From: Candidatus Hydrogenedens sp.
GTDB taxonomy: Bacteria > Hydrogenedentota > Hydrogenedentia > Hydrogenedentales > Hydrogenedentaceae
Assembly: GCA_049968235.1 (NCBI GenBank)
Contig: JBMFRC010000001.1
Span: 1-64,000, forward strand
DNA length: 64,000 bases
Reading direction: 5' to 3'
Shown here: positions 58,722 to 64,000 of the stretch, in pieces
Layout: each line of letters begins with the position of its first letter
Numbering within the stretch: position 1 is the first letter of the stretch
Program-made: the position numbers and the translations under genes
The notes under the pieces: generated by a model
Database searches by the model: none
Seen by the model: the letters and a program-made list of their open reading frames with translations, nothing else
Told to the model about the DNA's origin: nothing

Positions 58722-61041
58722 GTTTCCTTAACCTCTGATAACGGAGTAATGCATAAGTGCCAATGCCTGCTATAGCCAGGACAGTTATCTCACCCAGGGT
58801 ATCAAAACCCCGAAAATCCACAAGAATAACATTTACAATATTGCCTCCATGGGCTTCATGAAGGCTTTTTGCTGTAAAATATGATGAAATAGAAGGATGT
58901 GTTTGAATACTCGAAGCAGAAAGAGTTAGAAAACCCATAACGATGCCAAAGAGTGTGCAGATAAAGCCATTTTGATATTTTGTAAGATTTCTACGGTGTA
59001 AGTGTTGTTCGGGCAAATGATAGAAAACAAAAACAAATAGAGATACAGTAAGCGTTTCGATTATGAATTGGGTCATGGCTAAATCGGGGGCACTATAAAT
59101 CAGGAATATAACCGCCATCCCATAGCCAATTATTCCGAGACAAATTACTGCCGTTAGTTTCTTTTGAGCAAAAATAACTCCAAAAATTCCTGCGATAATA
59201 ATCAGTATTAAAACAAAATCGTATATCGTAGTTTTGTGTTCAGGATGAAAGATATGTTTTAAAATATTACTTTGAATGACATTCCATTCTGCAATCATGG
59301 CAACCAAAGAAGCAATAAGGACTGCAAATGCGAATGTCTGAAGGTAGGAACGGAGTTTACCATTTTGAAAGAACCGAGTAATGCGGTCTGATTGCAATAA
59401 TAATTGATTAATTATTTGTTGGTATACTTTTGTAGCAAATGCAGTTATTCCATGTCCTCTTGTTTTATTTTTCTGCCACAATGTTATATCAAGTCCGAGG
59501 GCAATACCACCCAACCATGCCATAATACTGGGTAGAAGCATTAGATATGAATTATTTTTATTAACACTTTGAGAATGTGCATGTGTCGCTACATTTGATA
59601 GAAAATTTTCTGAGAGTTTGTGAAAAATATCCATTAAATATGGTGACAGAGGAATAGTTATACTGGCAATAGATAATAATAAAGGAATACTTGCAAGCAA
59701 ATAGGATAAAGTTTTGGGATGGAATTCCTCTTCCCTTTCTTCTTCATCTTTTTTGAATAAGGGTATTAATAAGAATCGTATTGCAAAACCTGTTATTAGA
59801 CTATTCCCAATAATTATCCATAATAAAACTATCGTTGAATATAAGGTACGTAATTGGAAAATGGAATGGATAAGTATTTCCTTTGTATAAAAACTAAAGG
59901 TGTAAGGTAACCCTGCAAGCGAACATAGGAAAGGCAAAGCAATAATCAAAAATAAAGGTTGGTTTCGCCATAGTCCTTTTATTTTTGAAAGGTATTTGTT
60001 ATGAGTTGTAAATTCAATAGTCCCTGCAAACAAGAATAAACCTGCTTTGTATATAGCGTGAGCGAAAAGTATAAGCATGGCACTATAAATAGTTTCAGGG
60101 GTACCTATACCTATCAGACAGGTAAGTAATCCTAAAGTACTTACGGTAGTATATGCTAATGCTTTTTTGATGGAGTCTTCCTTCAAACTACAGAATGCCC
60201 CCCAAAAAAATGTAAAACCTCCGGAAATAACTAATACAATATTCCAGAGAGGGATATTGGAAAAGAGAGGAGATAATCGAAATGCTAAAAAAACACCTGC
60301 TTTGACCATAGTAGCTGAATGCAAATAAGCACTTGCAGGTGCTGGAGCAGTCATCGCGTCAGGTAACCAGAAATGAAATGGATACTGGGCAGATTTTGTC
60401 ATTATCCCTAAAATTATTAAAAAAATAGATATATTTAAAAAGATAGGGTTGGAAGAAAAATTCAATTTACCATGAAGTTCCGGAAGATTTGCTGTTCCTG
60501 AGATTATAAACAATATAATAAATCCAGCAAGCAGACAAAGTCCTCCCCCACCTGTAACAAGCAATGCTTCCCATGCACTTTTTCTTGCCTCTTCCTGTTC
60601 ATGATAATGTCCTATCAGGAAGAAAGAAGCTAAACTGGTTAACTCCCAGAAAAGGAAAAGGAGGAATAAATTTGCAGAAAAAACAATACCTAACATGGAA
60701 CCCATAAAAACAAAGAACCAGAAAAACCAACTGTTCAATGATGTGTCTTTATGTAAATAAATTACTGCAAAAAAATGGATTAATATACCTATGATTAAAA
60801 TAAAAATTCCAAAAAGGAGTTGGAAATAAGAACTTTCCAGGAATAATTGCACCCCTAACGAGGGTAACCAATCCAGTCGAAAGGATAAAACTTCCTCTTT
60901 ATTTAACCAGGTAATTGCAATATAAAGTGCTATTAAAGGTGGGATGATAAGGATTTTGTTCCATAAAGTTTTTTTAAATGGAAAAGGTAGAAAAAGAAGT
61001 AAGGTAGGACTGAAGGCTAATAAAATAATAGCAAGTATCAT
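58714..61041 (-). CDS. mrpA: Mrp antiporter subunit A (NuoL-like domain plus MrpB-like C-terminal extension)
   Basis: 775 aa; NuoL-type core (WLPDAMTAPAPASAYLHSATMVKAGVF). Confidence 0.85.
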   Translation of the reverse strand: MILAIILLAFSPTLLLFLPFPFKKTLWNKILIIPPLIALYIAITWLNKEEVLSFRLDWLPSLGVQLFLESSYFQLLFGIFILIIGILIHFFAVIYLHKDTSLNSWFFWFFVFMGSMLGIVFSANLFLLFLFWELTSLASFFLIGHYHEQEEARKSAWEALLVTGGGGLCLLAGFIILFIISGTANLPELHGKLNFSSNPIFLNISIFLIILGIMTKSAQYPFHFWLPDAMTAPAPASAYLHSATMVKAGVFLAFRLSPLFSNIPLWNIVLVISGGFTFFWGAFCSLKEDSIKKALAYTTVSTLGLLTCLIGIGTPETIYSAMLILFAHAIYKAGLFLFAGTIEFTTHNKYLSKIKGLWRNQPLFLIIALPFLCSLAGLPYTFSFYTKEILIHSIFQLRTLYSTIVLLWIIIGNSLITGFAIRFLLIPLFKKDEEEREEEFHPKTLSYLLASIPLLLSIASITIPLSPYLMDIFHKLSENFLSNVATHAHSQSVNKNNSYLMLLPSIMAWLGGIALGLDITLWQKNKTRGHGITAFATKVYQQIINQLLLQSDRITRFFQNGKLRSYLQTFAFAVLIASLVAMIAEWNVIQSNILKHIFHPEHKTTIYDFVLILIIIAGIFGVIFAQKKLTAVICLGIIGYGMAVIFLIYSAPDLAMTQFIIETLTVSLFVFVFYHLPEQHLHRRNLTKYQNGFICTLFGIVMGFLTLSASSIQTHPSISSYFTAKSLHEAHGGNIVNVILVDFRGFDTLGEITVLAIAGIGTYALLRYQRLRKHG

Positions 61042-61185
61042 TTTTTATTATATTTTCATTCTAAAATTGTATTATACTCTTGTTATAATGTTGTAGTTTG
61101 TAATATTATTTTACGAAGTTTGTATAATAAATGATAGACGAAGAATTATTCAATTATTTTTTGAACACTATAAGGAGGTTTTACA

Positions 61186-61328
61186 TGAAACATACGAAAT
61201 TAATGACACAAAAAGTTTCTACTCTTGAAACAGCATCAGCCTCTACAATTATTTCCATTATTGCTACTGTCCTTACTGCCATTGCAGGTTTATTGTCAGC
61301 ACTTGGTCCAATTATTGCAAAGAGCTAA
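61186..61328 (+). CDS. Possible small hydrophobic protein (47 aa)
   Basis: SD aggagg 6 nt before the ATG at 61186. MKHTKLMTQKVSTLETASASTIISIIATVLTAIAGLLSALGPIIAKS. The track ORF begins earlier, at 61131. Confidence 0.35.
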
Positions 61329-61349
61329 TTTAAAAAGTTGGACAAATTA

Positions 61350-61384
61350 GACAAGTCGGAAATATCGGACTTGTCGGACAAGTC
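61350..61384. terminator. Palindromic hairpin cluster between convergent genes
   Basis: gacaagtc-ggaaatatcg-gacttgtc-g-gacaagtc forms two overlapping 8-bp hairpins. Confidence 0.4.
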
Positions 61385-61404
61385 GTTCATATCTGAGGGA
61401 GGTA

Positions 61405-62589
61405 TTATACCAATTCAAATAATCCACTAATTCCCATTCCGCCACCAATACACATAGTGGCGATGCCTTTTTTTGACTTTCTCCGTTGCATTTCATAGAT
61501 TAGGGTTGTTGTAATTCGCGCACCGGAGCAACCAATAGGATGTCCTAAAGCAATAGCACCTCCATTAACATTTACAATATCCGATTGAATTCCTAACTGT
61601 TGTATGCAAGGTATGGATTGAGCGGAAAAGGCTTCGTTAATTTCCCAGAGGTCAATATCATTTATTGTCAATTTATTTTTATCCAATAATTTTCGTGTAG
61701 CGAATATAGGTCCTAACCCCATACAAGCAGGCTCACAACCCATTGATTGAATATCAATAATGTGTACAGGATTAAAAGCAGGTTTTATTTTAGATATGAT
61801 ATTTTCAGATACAAGAATAAGGGCAGATGCTCCATCGTTAATACCTGATGCATTTCCTGCAGTAACAGTCCCATTAGGCTTAAAAGCCGGTTTCAGTTTA
61901 CTTAACTTTTCTAATGTTGTATCTGGACGAGGATGTTCATCTTTATCCAGGATAATCGTTCCTTTTTTTGTTTCTATAGTAATAGGAACTATTTCTTGCT
62001 GGAATAAGCCTTTTTCAAAGGCATGAGCATATTTCATCTGACTTTCATAAGCGAATTGGTCCTGTGCTTCTCTGGACACTCCAAACTTTTCGGCTACATT
62101 TTCGGCGGTTATTCCCATATGGTATTGATTGAAGACATCCCAAAGTCCATCATAAATCATGCTATCAATCGCAGGGGTATCTCCCATTCGTGAACCGCGT
62201 CGTAAAGTTTTTAATAGATATGGTGCCTGAGACATATTCTCCATACCGCCTGCGATAATAATATCTGCCCGTCCGGTGCGAATTGTTTGCCATGCTAATT
62301 CAATGGCTTTCATCCCAGAGCCACAAACCATATTTACTGTATATGCAGGTGTAGATTGAGGTATTCCGCTATGTATGGAAACCTGACGGGCTGGATTCTG
62401 CCCTAATCCTGCGGTTAATACCTCACCAAAAATAATTTCATCAACCTGTTCAGGAGTAATTTCGGGATGTCGTTGCAATAATTCTTTCACGACATGAGTT
62501 CCCAGTTGTACTGCGGATAGTTCTGCAAAGATACCGTTTAAACTTCCAATAGGCGTTCTCAAAGCATCAATGATGAATACATTTTCCAT
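61405..62589 (-). CDS. Acetyl-CoA C-acetyltransferase (thiolase II)
   Basis: FIIDALRTPIG..., catalytic Cys context NMVCGSGMKA, and C-terminal CIGGGMG. 394 aa. Confidence 0.9.
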   Translation of the reverse strand: MENVFIIDALRTPIGSLNGIFAELSAVQLGTHVVKELLQRHPEITPEQVDEIIFGEVLTAGLGQNPARQVSIHSGIPQSTPAYTVNMVCGSGMKAIELAWQTIRTGRADIIIAGGMENMSQAPYLLKTLRRGSRMGDTPAIDSMIYDGLWDVFNQYHMGITAENVAEKFGVSREAQDQFAYESQMKYAHAFEKGLFQQEIVPITIETKKGTIILDKDEHPRPDTTLEKLSKLKPAFKPNGTVTAGNASGINDGASALILVSENIISKIKPAFNPVHIIDIQSMGCEPACMGLGPIFATRKLLDKNKLTINDIDLWEINEAFSAQSIPCIQQLGIQSDIVNVNGGAIALGHPIGCSGARITTTLIYEMQRRKSKKGIATMCIGGGMGISGLFELV

Positions 62590-62738
62590 TTGCTATTCCT
62601 TTCAATAAATTTCAAATTATTATATTATGGAAATAATGTTAAATTATATCTGTTTTGACTTGACAAATGGAATATTTATTTTTTAATATAAGAATATACT
62701 TAATGGTAAGTATAAACTAAAAATTTAACTTTATAAAA

Positions 62739-63026
62739 ATGAAAGGGTTTATCATGTCAGAAGAATTGAAAGCAAAATTTGAACAGGCTTCTAAAGATGT
62801 AACTCAATTGTCAGAAGCACCCGATGCTCAAACCAAACTAAGATTGTATGCTCTTTATAAACAGGCTTCAGAAGGGGACTGCAAAGGTTCTCGTCCCGGT
62901 ATGATGGATTTTATTGGCAGGGCGAAATATGATGCATGGAAAGCGTTAGAAGGAACATCACAAGAACAAGCCATGCAAATGTATATTGACCTCGTTGAAG
63001 AATTAAAAGCAAAGGATAAAAAATAG
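62739..63026 (+). CDS. Acyl-CoA-binding protein (ACBP)
   Basis: LYALYKQASEGDC...RPGMMDFIGRAKYDAWKALEGTSQEQAMQMYIDLVEELK parallels bovine ACBP almost residue for residue. Likely start at 62754. Confidence 0.9.
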   Translation: MKGFIMSEELKAKFEQASKDVTQLSEAPDAQTKLRLYALYKQASEGDCKGSRPGMMDFIGRAKYDAWKALEGTSQEQAMQMYIDLVEELKAKDKK

Positions 63027-63116
63027 TTTTGTAGTCCGTTTTATTTGTAGTAAAAAGGAAACCGCTTCTAAACAATTAGAAGCGGTTTCTTTATTTATGG
63101 CTCTAAATGAATAATC

Positions 63117-64000
63117 TTATTTTTTGCGAGAGGTTTTCTTCCCCTTGCTTTTTTTACTGGACTTTGCTGATTTTGCTGTTTTGTTACGAGGGCTTTCGAT
63201 TTCTGCCTGTGCTGAGGCAAACCGTGCAATAGGAACACGGTAAGGACTGCAACTTACATAATTTAAGCCGACACGATGACAGAATTTAACAGAAGAAGGT
63301 TCACCACCATGCTCACCGCATATACCACATTTCAGATCGGGTCGTGTGGCTCTTCCTTTTTCTACAGCCATTTGAATAAGTTGTCCAATTCCTTCCTGGT
63401 CTAAAATTTCAAATGGGTCTGCAGGAAGGATTTTATTTTCTAAGTAAACAGGCAAGAAACTACCGATATCATCACGGGAGAAGCCAAAGCCCATTTGCGT
63501 GAGGTCGTTGGTTCCGAAACTGAAGAATTCCGCAGTTTCTGCAATTTTATTTGCAGTTAAAGCGGCGCGTGGAACTTCAATCATGGTGCCGACCATATAA
63601 TTAATTTTTACGCCCATTTCTTTCATGACATCGCTGGCTATTTTATGAATGATAGCAACCTGATTATCTAATTCTTGTTTTGTGCCGACAAGCGGAACCA
63701 TAATTTCAGGAAGGACCTTTATCTTCTGCTTAATCAATGTTCCTGCGGCTTCCAGGATAGCACGGGCTTGCATTTCGGTGATTTCGGGATAGGTAATACC
63801 TAAACGGCAACCCCGATGTCCTAACATGGGATTCATTTCATGCAATTTCTCTACACGTGTTTTTATTTCTTCAATAGTTACATTGCAAACCTTCGCCAGA
63901 TTTTGAAGTTCTTCGGGGTCTTCTAAAAGGCTACCTACGAATTCATGTAATGGTGGGTCAAGTAAACGAACGGTTACCGGTCTACCATTCATGGCTTTGA
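63117..64000 (-). CDS. ppdK: Pyruvate, phosphate dikinase, C-terminal PEP-utilising domain (5' end of the gene lies beyond the window) with Lys/Ser-rich C-terminal tail
   Basis: [16 protein letters not shown]...[44 protein letters not shown] matches the PPDK C-terminus. Extra tail ..[25 protein letters not shown]. Confidence 0.85.
   Translation of the reverse strand, partial: KAMNGRPVTVRLLDPPLHEFVGSLLEDPEELQNLAKVCNVTIEEIKTRVEKLHEMNPMLGHRGCRLGITYPEITEMQARAILEAAGTLIKQKIKVLPEIMVPLVGTKQELDNQVAIIHKIASDVMKEMGVKINYMVGTMIEVPRAALTANKIAETAEFFSFGTNDLTQMGFGFSRDDIGSFLPVYLENKILPADPFEILDQEGIGQLIQMAVEKGRATRPDLKCGICGEHGGEPSSVKFCHRVGLNYVSCSPYRVPIARFASAQAEIESPRNKTAKSAKSSKKSKGKKTSRKK

Overview
This is a 64 kb window from a low-GC (about 36-38%) bacterial chromosome of uncertain phylum, read directly from the sequence and the supplied ORF track. 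It is mostly housekeeping and envelope genes: NupC- and NupG-type nucleoside transporters, thiD, lexA, a membrane-fused M28 peptidase, aroD, a Gfo/Idh/MocA oxidoreductase, an OprO/P-type porin, a HAD-IIA phosphatase, addB-addA, a UDP-xylose-synthase-like SDR, a YhcH-family protein, an IMPase-family protein, a GmhA-like SIS protein, clpP, tig, dxs, a complete mrpABCDEFG antiporter operon, a thiolase, an ACBP, the 3' end of ppdK, and tRNA-Pro(CGG) and tRNA-Leu(TAG). Three accessory blocks stand out. (1) At about 45.1-49.7 kb lies a decayed type III-A CRISPR-Cas island in the order csm4-psi, csm5-psi, cas1-psi, cas2, with no cas10, csm2, csm3, cas6 or recognisable array; csm4 and csm5 each carry an in-frame TAG and cas1 and csm4 are frameshifted. 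Only the cas1-cas2 segment (46.03-47.34 kb) shows an extreme strand composition asymmetry: top strand G+T about 68%, C about 5-13%, so the coding strand is G-depleted. Next to this island is one copy of a roughly 100-150 nt non-coding element whose second copy lies at 230-345, plus degenerate CACGGAG/CAGAGAA repeats and a (CTCTTAC)x5 microsatellite. (2) At 21.5-34.5 kb, a pseudopilin cluster (two prepilin-type proteins and a 578-aa PilX/GspK-like protein) with a TPR protein faces a convergent operon encoding a lipoprotein with leucine-rich repeats (LRR), two paralogous giant (1278 and 1504 aa) Ig-repeat/vWA lipoproteins and a small Cys-rich membrane protein. (3) At 9.6-17.8 kb are two tandem Tat-exported paralogous hydrolase-like proteins (possibly neutral-ceramidase-like) followed by a GT2, a 787-aa unknown membrane-anchored protein and a Tat-exported oxidoreductase. 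Smaller items include a consensus-promoter-driven Gly-rich secreted peptide next to tRNA-Pro, an addB-addA-Zn-ribbon operon, a His-rich N-terminal extension on trigger factor and a Lys-rich tail on PPDK. All product calls rest on remembered family motifs in the translations; I ran no searches, so each one needs HMM or BLAST confirmation.
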